Source: a virus (Duplodnaviria; Caudoviricetes). Taken from it: a stretch of DNA of 53,931 nucleotides. The notes beneath the pieces were generated by a model. That model saw nothing but the letters and a program-made list of their open reading frames with translations. It was not told where the DNA came from and did not search any database. The position numbers and the translations under genes are program-made. Below, one piece after another: positions 44,636 through 52,558 of the stretch (position 1 is its first letter; each line of letters begins with the position of its first letter). The DNA lies in the IMG/VR virus record IMGVR_UViG_3300035667_000105, positions 1-53,931 of that record; one strand, written 5' to 3'.

Positions 44636-44849
44636 GCGACCGGGCCTTTTCTTGTTTTTCGGTTTCGAGGCCGAGTTCGACCAACTCGCGCACCCGCTCA
44701 GCGAAACTGATTCCGGCGCGGCCGGCGCCAGCGTCGATCTGCGCGAACGTCTCCTCGTCGAAGCCGATCGGCAGGCGCCGCATTGCGGCACCGCCGGCGC
44801 AGTGGCCGCGCGCGCGGCGTGATTGGCAGTTCGTTTGCGCCGCCGTCAT
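44613..44849 (-). CDS. Ribbon-helix-helix protein, paralogue of 2072..2281
   Basis: IGFDEETFAQI..ISFAERVRELVELG. Confidence 0.65.
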   Translation of the reverse strand: MTAAQTNCQSRRARGHCAGGAAMRRLPIGFDEETFAQIDAGAGRAGISFAERVRELVELGLETEKQEKARSHAAGNKS

Positions 44850-45070
44850 CACGCCGCGCGCTGCGCGCCTCCCAATAGCCAGGCAATCCGCGCGTCGATG
44901 AAATCGGGGGTCCGCTCTTTCTCGTCCGGCACCAGTTCCTGCAGCCGCAGCTTCAGCCACTGCGCGCGCCGCTCGGTGTCGTCGTCAATTGCCGGCGTGG
45001 ACAACAAAAGGTTAAGCACGCCGATGTGGGCGCGCGCCTGGTCGCGGTCGATGCCGGTGGGCGGGGACAT
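44849..45070 (-). CDS. Hypothetical protein
   Basis: Coupled ORF. Confidence 0.5.
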   Translation of the reverse strand: MSPPTGIDRDQARAHIGVLNLLLSTPAIDDDTERRAQWLKLRLQELVPDEKERTPDFIDARIAWLLGGAQRAA

Positions 45071-45333
45071 GGCCGGATTAAGGGGCGGAGCAGGGCGGCG
45101 ATCAAACGGATGTTCCTCGGTCAGTTAATTCGCGGTACTTCGGAAACGGGTCGTGCGCCTTGAGGCGGCCGCGAAAGTCCTTGGCCGAGCCACGCACGCG
45201 CAGGACCAGCAGCTTGGCGCTGACCTCGCGCGCGCTGTGCCCGGGGAATTCCGCGCGGTAGCGCAGCAACGCCGCCCGATCGTTGGGCGGGATCCCCGCC
45301 AGCGCTTTCAGCTCGGCATCGGACCAGGAACGG

Positions 45334-45678
45334 CTAGGCAATGGCGCGCTCCGGAAACTGCACGCCGAGCGCGGTCGGCGCAAAGGCAATGTCGGCGCCG
45401 ACGATAATGGTCCAGCCGTCGCGGCCGGCCACCGGCGGCGGCGATTCCAGCAGCGCGTCGATCGACAGATCGCGGCAGCCAAGGCAGATCACGCGCACCA
45501 CGCGCGCGGCCTGTTCGATCACGGCATCCTTCGACGGGCCGGTGATGACGGCGCGGACGCGATCGATCTCGACCGCGCAGCCTGGCACCCAATTGTCATA
45601 GGCGCCGGGCGCCGCGGTGGAGCCCGCCGGCAGCAGAAACGATAATCGGAATGATCCGGGGAATGAACGCATTACCAT
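45334..45678 (-). CDS. Hypothetical protein
   Basis: AAGGGG SD. Confidence 0.5.
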   Translation of the reverse strand: MVMRSFPGSFRLSFLLPAGSTAAPGAYDNWVPGCAVEIDRVRAVITGPSKDAVIEQAARVVRVICLGCRDLSIDALLESPPPVAGRDGWTIIVGADIAFAPTALGVQFPERAIA

Positions 45679-45698
45679 AACCCCTTGGAGGGTCAGGT

Positions 45699-46028
45699 TT
45701 AGGCGAGAGTGGTTGCCGGGCTGTTAACGACGCGGGCCAGCGCCGGGTCGAGTGCGCGGACTTCGTCCTCGTGGAGCTTCAACACCTCGAAAATCCGCTC
45801 TGCCTGCAGCAACAGCCTTGACCGGCGCACCCATTCGCCGATCTCGATGCTGCCGGGGTCCCGGGCGTTGCCGGTGCCGATCAAATGCTCGGTGACGGCG
45901 ATGCGATGCCGCTCCCACGTCGTGATGTTGCTCACCGCCCATGCGATGTCGGTAAAGCTGTCATTGAGCCCCAACATCTGCTGCTGATCGATGGTCACAA
46001 CCCCCTCCGGCAAGCGGATGGGTAGCAC
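45699..46028 (-). CDS. Hypothetical protein
   Basis: Coding-like ORF after an AT-rich divergent intergenic region. Confidence 0.5.
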   Translation of the reverse strand: MLPIRLPEGVVTIDQQQMLGLNDSFTDIAWAVSNITTWERHRIAVTEHLIGTGNARDPGSIEIGEWVRRSRLLLQAERIFEVLKLHEDEVRALDPALARVVNSPATTLA

Positions 46029-46122
46029 AAAGTTGGTGCAAACAAAAGCAATTGCAAGAGGTTAATCCCTGCTCTTCGAGCGATGCTTTGCGAATCTGCG
46101 GACAACGCATCCAAATCTGGCA

Positions 46123-46151
46123 TTGACTTCCAAAAATGTATGCAACAGACT
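46123..46151 (+). promoter_or_regulatory. Sigma70-like promoter of the moron
   Basis: TTGACT-N17-CAGACT. Confidence 0.5.
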
Positions 46152-46232
46152 TTGGTGGCCTAGGGCTGCCTGGGCGCCCAACAGCCGAGCTCTCGTAAGA
46201 GGAATGCCCGGCTCAAAAGCGAAGGATCAATC

Positions 46233-46709
46233 ATGAAGACTTACGTCGACATAATTAACCGCGACGATCATCGTTGCATTGTAAAACTTGTTGCCGGTTT
46301 CGTTGACAAATTCCTTGCTCAACGCGACGCCGCAATCAGTATGTGCATGGAGACGATTGCTGCCAATTCGCCGGAGGGCTTTGATTGGCTTTCGGCACCG
46401 TCTGCGCGCACACTTGGCGCAGGCCTTTACAAGCAGATCTCCGATGAAGCTGACACCTTCGACGGCTCGGACGTCCTGATCTTGACCCGCCGATTCGCTG
46501 GCGAAGCGATGCCGCTGAATACGGTGTATCGAGCCTTGGAGGAGTTGACTGGACAAGGCCTGGTCGAAAGCCGCGGTCTTGGCATCAACGCCAACAAGCG
46601 TCCGTCACAGCAGTACGCAGTCAACACGAATGGGCAGCGAGCCTTGGGGCTCGCGATCATGCTTTCCAATCATCTGCATCACTGCCGGACGTCAGACCGG
46701 GCGGCCTGA
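46233..46709 (+). CDS. Protein with C-terminal PadR-like wHTH
   Basis: LNTVYRALEELTGQGLVES..QYAVNTNGQRAL. Confidence 0.7.
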   Translation: MKTYVDIINRDDHRCIVKLVAGFVDKFLAQRDAAISMCMETIAANSPEGFDWLSAPSARTLGAGLYKQISDEADTFDGSDVLILTRRFAGEAMPLNTVYRALEELTGQGLVESRGLGINANKRPSQQYAVNTNGQRALGLAIMLSNHLHHCRTSDRAA

Positions 46710-46746
46710 CGACTGTACGATCCATGCCCGCCATAAGGAGACGCAT

Positions 46747-47055
46747 GTGACAATACGAGGACTCACGGAGCTGCCTTTGCCGCCGTCGTTTCGGCGGCAT
46801 GGACAGCAGGCCCATCCTGACCCAAATAAGTGGCTAAGGACGCTGCAGGACACCGAAAACTATCTCGACTATCTTGCGGCGGCTGGGCGAATTGCGGAAG
46901 GTGAAGCGTTTCTTCGGGAAACAGAAGGCGGCTTCATCGCAGAAATCGCAGCGAACAGGCGCAGGACGCGCTTTCGGGTCGTGACCGTCGTCGTCGGCCT
47001 CCTTACGACCGTGGCTGGGTGCGCTACGAAGGTGTGGACCTCTTTGTTTAGTTAG
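46747..47055 (+). CDS. Small protein with C-terminal TM
   Basis: AAGGAG SD, GTG start. Confidence 0.6.
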   Translation: MTIRGLTELPLPPSFRRHGQQAHPDPNKWLRTLQDTENYLDYLAAAGRIAEGEAFLRETEGGFIAEIAANRRRTRFRVVTVVVGLLTTVAGCATKVWTSLFS

Positions 47056-47080
47056 GCCGGCTCTCCGTGGCTCTGAACAA

Positions 47081-47106
47081 GCGCGTCGGGTTCAAGCCCG
47101 ACGCGC
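47081..47106. terminator. Hairpin between convergent genes
   Basis: GCGCGTCGGG-TTCAAG-CCCGACGCGC. Confidence 0.6.
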
Positions 47107-47120
47107 ATTGATTTCCCTCA

Positions 47121-48596
47121 TCACGGTATGCTCCCGGCACTCGCCATGTCGGAAAACCGGGTCAACGCGGCCTCGAACTGCAATTCCACGCTGCCGGTCG
47201 GGCCGTGACGCTGCTTGGCGATGATGATCTCGGCCTTGCCGTGGACGGCGGCCATGTCCAGCTGCCATTTTTCATATTCCGGCGTGCCGACGCGGGGCTC
47301 TTTGTTGGCGAGATAGTACTCCTCGCGGAACACGAACAGCACGACGTCGGCGTCCTGTTCGATCGAGCCGGATTCGCGCAGGTCCGCCAGCTGCGGCTGG
47401 TGATCGTCGCGCTCCTCGACCTTTCGCGACAGTTGCGACAGCGCGACGATCGGGATGTTGAGCTCCTTGGCGAGCGCCTTCAGCCCGGTGGTGATCTCGG
47501 TCACCTCCTGGACGCGGTTGTCGGTGCGCCGGTTGCCCGAGCCCTGCAGCAGCTGGATATAATCGACCACCAGCACGTCGAGGCCCTTCTGCCGCTTCAG
47601 CCGACGCGCCCGCGCGGTCAGCTGCGAAATCGACAGCCCGCCGGTTTCGTCGACATAGAGCGGCAGCGATTGCAGCTCGATCGAATAATCCCGGATCTTC
47701 TCGAAGTCGGCCTCGGTGATGCCGCCGCGGCGGATGGTCGACGATGCGATCCCGGTCTGCTCGGCCAGGATCCGCGTCGCCAGCTGCTCGGCCGACATTT
47801 CGCAGGAGAAAAAACCGACAATGCCGCCGTTGACCGATTTCAGGCTGCCATCGGCCTGCACTTCGCTGCGATGGGCGCGTGCGATGTTGTAGGCGATGTT
47901 GGTCGCCAGCGCGGTCTTGCCCATGCCCGGACGGCCGGCAATGATGATCAGGTCGGACGCCTGCAGCCCGCCCATCTTGAAGTCGAGATCGCGCAGGCCG
48001 GTGGCGACCCCCGATAGCCGGCCGTCGCGCTGGAACGCCTGCGCCGCCATGTCGACCGCCACCGTCAGCGCCTGGGCAAAGCGCATGAAGCCGCCGTCAT
48101 AGCGGCCGGATTCGGCGATCTCGTAGAGCCGGCGTTCGGCGTCCTCGATCTGCGCCTTCGGCGCAAAGTCCACCGGCGCATCGAACGCGACGTTGACCAT
48201 GTCCTCGCCGATCCGGATCAGGTCCCGCCGCTGCGCCAGGTCGTAGACGGTGCGGCCATAATCGTGGGCGTTGATGATGGTGGTCGCTTCCGCCGCCAGC
48301 CGGGCCAGATATTGCCCGACCGTCATGCCGCCGAGTTCGGTCTCCGCCGGCAGGAAGGTTTTCAGCGTGATCGGGGTGGCCACCTTGCCGGCGCGGACCA
48401 GGCTTGCGGCGGTTTCGAAGATCAGCTGATGCACCGGCTCGTAGAAGTGCTCGGGCTTGAGGAAGTCCGACACCCGGTAGAACGCGTCGTTATTGACCAG
48501 GATGGCGCCGAGCAGGCTTTGCTCGGCCTCGATGTTATGAGGCGGCGCGCGAAACGCCGGCTTCGTGGGGTCGCGGGAAAGGGCGAGAACAGTCAT
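47121..48596 (-). CDS. dnaB: Replicative DNA helicase
   Basis: PPHNIEAEQ, AGRPGMGKT, VDYIQL, LSQLSR, DLRESGSIEQDAD, KQRHGPTG. Confidence 0.97.
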   Translation of the reverse strand: MTVLALSRDPTKPAFRAPPHNIEAEQSLLGAILVNNDAFYRVSDFLKPEHFYEPVHQLIFETAASLVRAGKVATPITLKTFLPAETELGGMTVGQYLARLAAEATTIINAHDYGRTVYDLAQRRDLIRIGEDMVNVAFDAPVDFAPKAQIEDAERRLYEIAESGRYDGGFMRFAQALTVAVDMAAQAFQRDGRLSGVATGLRDLDFKMGGLQASDLIIIAGRPGMGKTALATNIAYNIARAHRSEVQADGSLKSVNGGIVGFFSCEMSAEQLATRILAEQTGIASSTIRRGGITEADFEKIRDYSIELQSLPLYVDETGGLSISQLTARARRLKRQKGLDVLVVDYIQLLQGSGNRRTDNRVQEVTEITTGLKALAKELNIPIVALSQLSRKVEERDDHQPQLADLRESGSIEQDADVVLFVFREEYYLANKEPRVGTPEYEKWQLDMAAVHGKAEIIIAKQRHGPTGSVELQFEAALTRFSDMASAGSIP

Positions 48597-49207
48597 TGGG
48601 GCAGTTCCGCTGGAACGCGCTGCGCGGCCCGCCTGGAGGCGTCCAATTCGCGCCAGGCGCGATTGGCGGCGTGCATCGTGCTTTCGTCCCCAGCCGCCTG
48701 CGCGGCCGTGGAAAGCCGGGAGAGTGCCATCATGGCGACGTCGCGCATTTCCGGCAGATCCACCGGCGCAACCACCAGGCGGCGCTGGCGCGCCTTCGCC
48801 TCGGCCTTGGCGCGCTCGGCGACCAGCTCGGCCTTGTAGAGCTTGCAGGCGCCGATCGCGGCGCGCTTGTCCCGGATGGCTTCGAACCGGTCGCGGCGGA
48901 CGCCCTTGGCCGTGGCGGTTTCCCGGAACACCAGGAATCGGCCGGCGGCGTTGCGGTTGACGGTCCAGCAGAAGCGGATGGCCGGCCGGCCCTTGGCCTT
49001 CACCGCGACATAGCGATAGCGGGCGTCGACGCCGGGATCGAAAACCCGCACGCCGCGATTGGCTTTCGGATCGCGCTTCGCCAGGATCACATCGTGTTCG
49101 CGCGCGGACCGCTCCAGTTCCTCGAACGCCAGCTGCAGCGATGGCGCTGCCTCGATCGCCTGAAACGGAAAACCTTGCGGATTAGGCGCATGCACGGTGC
49201 GAATCAT
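48593..49207 (-). CDS. Hypothetical basic protein
   Basis: ATGA-coupled on both sides. Confidence 0.6.
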   Translation of the reverse strand: MIRTVHAPNPQGFPFQAIEAAPSLQLAFEELERSAREHDVILAKRDPKANRGVRVFDPGVDARYRYVAVKAKGRPAIRFCWTVNRNAAGRFLVFRETATAKGVRRDRFEAIRDKRAAIGACKLYKAELVAERAKAEAKARQRRLVVAPVDLPEMRDVAMMALSRLSTAAQAAGDESTMHAANRAWRELDASRRAAQRVPAELPQ

Positions 49208-49434
49208 CCCAGCCACTCCTTGACGTCGTCCGCATCCTCTAGCGAGACGCACAGCGTGTCCGCGCCCTTCGGGATCTCGAAGATGTTGCCGAGCGCAGCG
49301 ACGTCGGCATAGCCCAGGATCTTCCGGCCGCGGCAGAACATGACGCGGCCAGGCGTTACGGTGCCGGTGCGCTGCAGCTCGAGCTCCTTGAACACGGTGC
49401 GATCGCCGGCGAGCTTGAAGGGCGGTGGTTTCAC
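49204..49434 (-). CDS. Hypothetical protein
   Basis: GGAG SD, GTG start. Confidence 0.55.
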   Translation of the reverse strand: MKPPPFKLAGDRTVFKELELQRTGTVTPGRVMFCRGRKILGYADVAALGNIFEIPKGADTLCVSLEDADDVKEWLG

Positions 49435-49819
49435 GGCTTTATCTCCAGGTCCCAATTTAGGACGTCGCGCGGATCCGTGTCGTGCGGGATGAAGGGCTCG
49501 AAGTCTCCGCGGCGAATCCCCATCGGCCGCACCCGAGCGGCAATGCTTGGTACTTAACGGCGGCGCGGCAGCGCTCAAGGACCTGCCGCGCAATCGCCGC
49601 ATAGAGGCCGGTTGCGGTGTTGTCCTCGACGTCGATCCGTTTAAGAAGATCCTCGACCTCGGCCGGCTTCACCGGCCGGGCGCCGGCGTGAATGATGATG
49701 CGCTCACCGATCGCCGGCGCGTTGATGTAGCGCAGATAGCTTTTTGGCCGGAACTCGAACGGCTTGGCGCCGACCATGATCAGCGAAGCCCAGGGCTGCC
49801 AGATGGTGAGGGCCTTCAC
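49431..49819 (-). pseudogene. ASCH-domain gene, probably truncated by a deletion
   Basis: MKALTIWQPWASLI..GAKPFEFR..IHAG; coding-like sequence changes frame after LPLGCG. Confidence 0.65.
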
Positions 49820-50052
49820 GACTGGTGCCTTTCGAGAAAGTTTAACAGAGCTCCGGCGGTGAACTTGCCATCGCGAATCCCCTTCCGACAGAAGCTGGCT
49901 ATCATCAGCTTGACGGTACTCTCCTCATCCGAGTTGAGAGGTCCATGCGCTGCCGTCCACACTGCAGCCAGATCGATCTTGGCTTTGAAAGCATAGACGT
50001 CATCAATCAGCATCCAGCCGGCGACGACGTCACGGAACCCGTCTCGCATCAT
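49816..50052 (-). CDS. Hypothetical protein
   Basis: Coupled. Confidence 0.5.
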   Translation of the reverse strand: MMRDGFRDVVAGWMLIDDVYAFKAKIDLAAVWTAAHGPLNSDEESTVKLMIASFCRKGIRDGKFTAGALLNFLERHQS

Positions 50053-50312
50053 CTGCCTTTGTCCTCGTCCCCGTAGAGCGTGGCGCCCATTTCGGAAGTC
50101 AGGTCAGCGTAGAGATAAAGCCGCCGGCGCAGCTGGTCGACCTCGTACATCTCGCGAAGGCTGCAACCGAGCCAGCTGACAAACTTTTCGCCCTCGCCGG
50201 CGGCTTCCTTTGCGCGGTCGATCACTTGCATGAAGAACGTCGCAAGCGGGTGATCCCAGCCGACGATGATTTTGTGCGCCGGATCCCGCGCGGGGATTTC
50301 GTGACGGCTCAT
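50049..50312 (-). CDS. Hypothetical protein
   Basis: MSRHEI..VGWDHPLATFFMQV. Confidence 0.65.
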   Translation of the reverse strand: MSRHEIPARDPAHKIIVGWDHPLATFFMQVIDRAKEAAGEGEKFVSWLGCSLREMYEVDQLRRRLYLYADLTSEMGATLYGDEDKGR

Positions 50313-50530
50313 GGCTTCACTACCGCCGGCTTGTCGATCGACATCGTGGCGCTGCAGCACTTCGGCCATCCGGAGCGCAGGCATTGCGTGGAATCGACTT
50401 TGCGAGGCTTGCCGCAGCGGCCGCACCACACGAGGCCGGCGAGCAGGGAAGGGTGCGACGCCGCGATGGTGTCGTAGAGCGCCTGGTGGCGGCGGTGCGC
50501 GGTGGCCAGGTAGTCCAGAAAATCGCTCAC
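50309..50530 (-). CDS. Small Zn-finger protein
   Basis: WCGRCG..WPKCC. Confidence 0.6.
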   Translation of the reverse strand: MSDFLDYLATAHRRHQALYDTIAASHPSLLAGLVWCGRCGKPRKVDSTQCLRSGWPKCCSATMSIDKPAVVKP

Positions 50531-50778
50531 GGGATATCTCCGGCTTGCGCCCTCAAAGCATCACCGAGCGCGCTGCGGACCCCTCGCTCGCCCGGCGTCA
50601 CCGTCAGGATATTGTGAAAGTTGTTGACCAGCCAAACCAGCCCTTCGGCAAACTCGCGCGCGCCGACGCATTCGATCGTAATGGTTTCTTCCTCGTGGCC
50701 GTTGATCAGGATCACGGCTTCGTCGAAGTCGGGAACGGCGTCGGCGAGCTCGAGATAGGGGAAGGTGGCGGCGGTCAT
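50527..50778 (-). CDS. Hypothetical acidic protein
   Basis: ATGA-coupled MTAATFPYLEL. Confidence 0.55.
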   Translation of the reverse strand: MTAATFPYLELADAVPDFDEAVILINGHEEETITIECVGAREFAEGLVWLVNNFHNILTVTPGERGVRSALGDALRAQAGDIP

Positions 50779-51923
50779 GCGGCAGCTCCCACGCGCACGA
50801 GCGGCGGCATGCCGCTGTATTCGACGCCGTCGAGCCGCCGGCCAGCCTTTTTCTTTCCTATCGCAAACATCTGCATCGCCCCAGATCCAGCGGCGAAGGC
50901 GTTTGGCGCGGTAACGTCCGTGAAAGAGGTCCCGTCGGCATGCATCACCATCTGCGGCACGAGGCACTGCCTCGTTGCGTCCGGATCGCGCACCGGCGCA
51001 GGCTTGTAGAGCTTGTCGATTGCTTGATCGTTCAGCGCGCAGACTGGCGCCCACCGACCCCATTGCTTGAAGAAAAACTTCACGCCAGCTGCATTGCATT
51101 GCTGCTGCAGCGACCGCGCCCAGCCGGGGTGCATCGGCCGCGCCTTTGGACCGCTCTCGCCGCCGCAAATGACCCAATCCAATCCCTCGATCAAAGTCAT
51201 CGCTCCGATATCTGTCAGCGTGTGACCAACCTTGGGAGTATCGGGCCCGTGAAACTGATTGAGATCGATCGGCCCGAGCAACGGCTCGGCGCTGACGAAC
51301 CGCACCGCGGCCGGCGTCTGCAGGAGCAGCGGGATTCTTTCGTCGGCTTCCTGCTGCCGCTCGGTGGAAACGCCAAGCCAGACGTTGGGGAGCGGCTCCC
51401 AACCGTGCCCTCTCGCGCCTGATACCCGAGTGATGGCGCGGCAACGCTCGATGGTGTCTTCTGCGACGATCGTCCTGATCTGATCGCGAATCTCCGACTG
51501 ATGTCCAAGCTTGGCGCCGCAGGCGAGCAAGTAGTCTCGCATCCGCGATGCGCGTTTCGTCAAAGGCTGATAGGTGTGGTGCGGCGTCAATGCCACCACC
51601 GCGAAAATCCGGTGCAGCCATTCATCCCGCACGAAATCGGCGAACAGGTCGGTCATCGAGCCCGGGAAGATCACCCGCGGCCTTTTCCAGCGCAGCGGCT
51701 GCAGCAGTGTTTCCTCACAGAGGAAAATCTCGATATCCTTGCGATGCCCCGGCTTGAACGCCAGACCGGTACCGAGCCGCTTGTTGAAACCCTCCGCGTA
51801 GCAGAACTCGCAGCCGGTAGTGGTGTGCTCGCAATGCCAGCCTAACTTGCCGGTTTTCAGGTTGCGCGCGCGGATGGGATTCCAGGTCGCGTCGGTCCAC
51901 TCGATCGCGGAGTTGTCGCTCAT
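50775..51923 (-). CDS. DUF5131 / phage Gp37Gp68-family protein
   Basis: SAIEWTDATWNP, CEHTTTGCEFCYA, SMTDLF, LTKR, SAEPLL, WVICGGESG, FFFKQWG. Confidence 0.92.
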   Translation of the reverse strand: MSDNSAIEWTDATWNPIRARNLKTGKLGWHCEHTTTGCEFCYAEGFNKRLGTGLAFKPGHRKDIEIFLCEETLLQPLRWKRPRVIFPGSMTDLFADFVRDEWLHRIFAVVALTPHHTYQPLTKRASRMRDYLLACGAKLGHQSEIRDQIRTIVAEDTIERCRAITRVSGARGHGWEPLPNVWLGVSTERQQEADERIPLLLQTPAAVRFVSAEPLLGPIDLNQFHGPDTPKVGHTLTDIGAMTLIEGLDWVICGGESGPKARPMHPGWARSLQQQCNAAGVKFFFKQWGRWAPVCALNDQAIDKLYKPAPVRDPDATRQCLVPQMVMHADGTSFTDVTAPNAFAAGSGAMQMFAIGKKKAGRRLDGVEYSGMPPLVRVGAAA

Positions 51924-52558
51924 GGCCGCCTCGCTGCGTTGATGCTGTCGATTGCGAGCCGCCCGATCGGCGGCTCGCCCATCAGCTCTGCGGCAGCGCT
52001 GGCATGCTCCGGATAGCCGTCCCGGCGCGGATCGAATGCGGCATTGCGCGGATCAGGCCCGCGCGCTTGGGAGCCGCTGCCGTTGTTTCGCGCGGCGCCG
52101 CGCAAGATCCGGCGCGGGTGCAGATACTCGTACAAAATTCCGACGCGGCTTGCTGCGACGTCCCGTTTTGGCCCCGTCCGCGCGTTTTCGCGGCCGGCCC
52201 GCTTGCCACTGCGCCAGCGTCTCATGTCGGCGAAAACCGACAGCAGCTTCAGGTCCGCGAGGCACTCGATCGAAACCACCCGCGCCTGCGGATGTTCGGC
52301 GCCGTACAGCGCGAAAGCCGTGGCCTCGAGCTCGAAGCCGACTTCCTCGCGGATCGCGGCCACGGCGAACGCCACTTCGCGCGCGTTCATGCGGCGGCCG
52401 TTGCTCTCTTGGAATGCCGTCAGCTGCGTAGCGATATCGCCGAACGCCAGGTCATAGGGCGCCTCGGCAAAGGCGCGCCGGATCTCCGCCGGCAACGCAT
52501 CGAACGCCGCAAAGTCCGCGTCCTCGCGCCACCCGGCCCAACCGCCATTGTTGCTCAT
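51920..52558 (-). CDS. Hypothetical protein
   Basis: FAAFDALPAEIRRAFAEAPY; coupled. Confidence 0.6.
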   Translation of the reverse strand: MSNNGGWAGWREDADFAAFDALPAEIRRAFAEAPYDLAFGDIATQLTAFQESNGRRMNAREVAFAVAAIREEVGFELEATAFALYGAEHPQARVVSIECLADLKLLSVFADMRRWRSGKRAGRENARTGPKRDVAASRVGILYEYLHPRRILRGAARNNGSGSQARGPDPRNAAFDPRRDGYPEHASAAAELMGEPPIGRLAIDSINAARRP

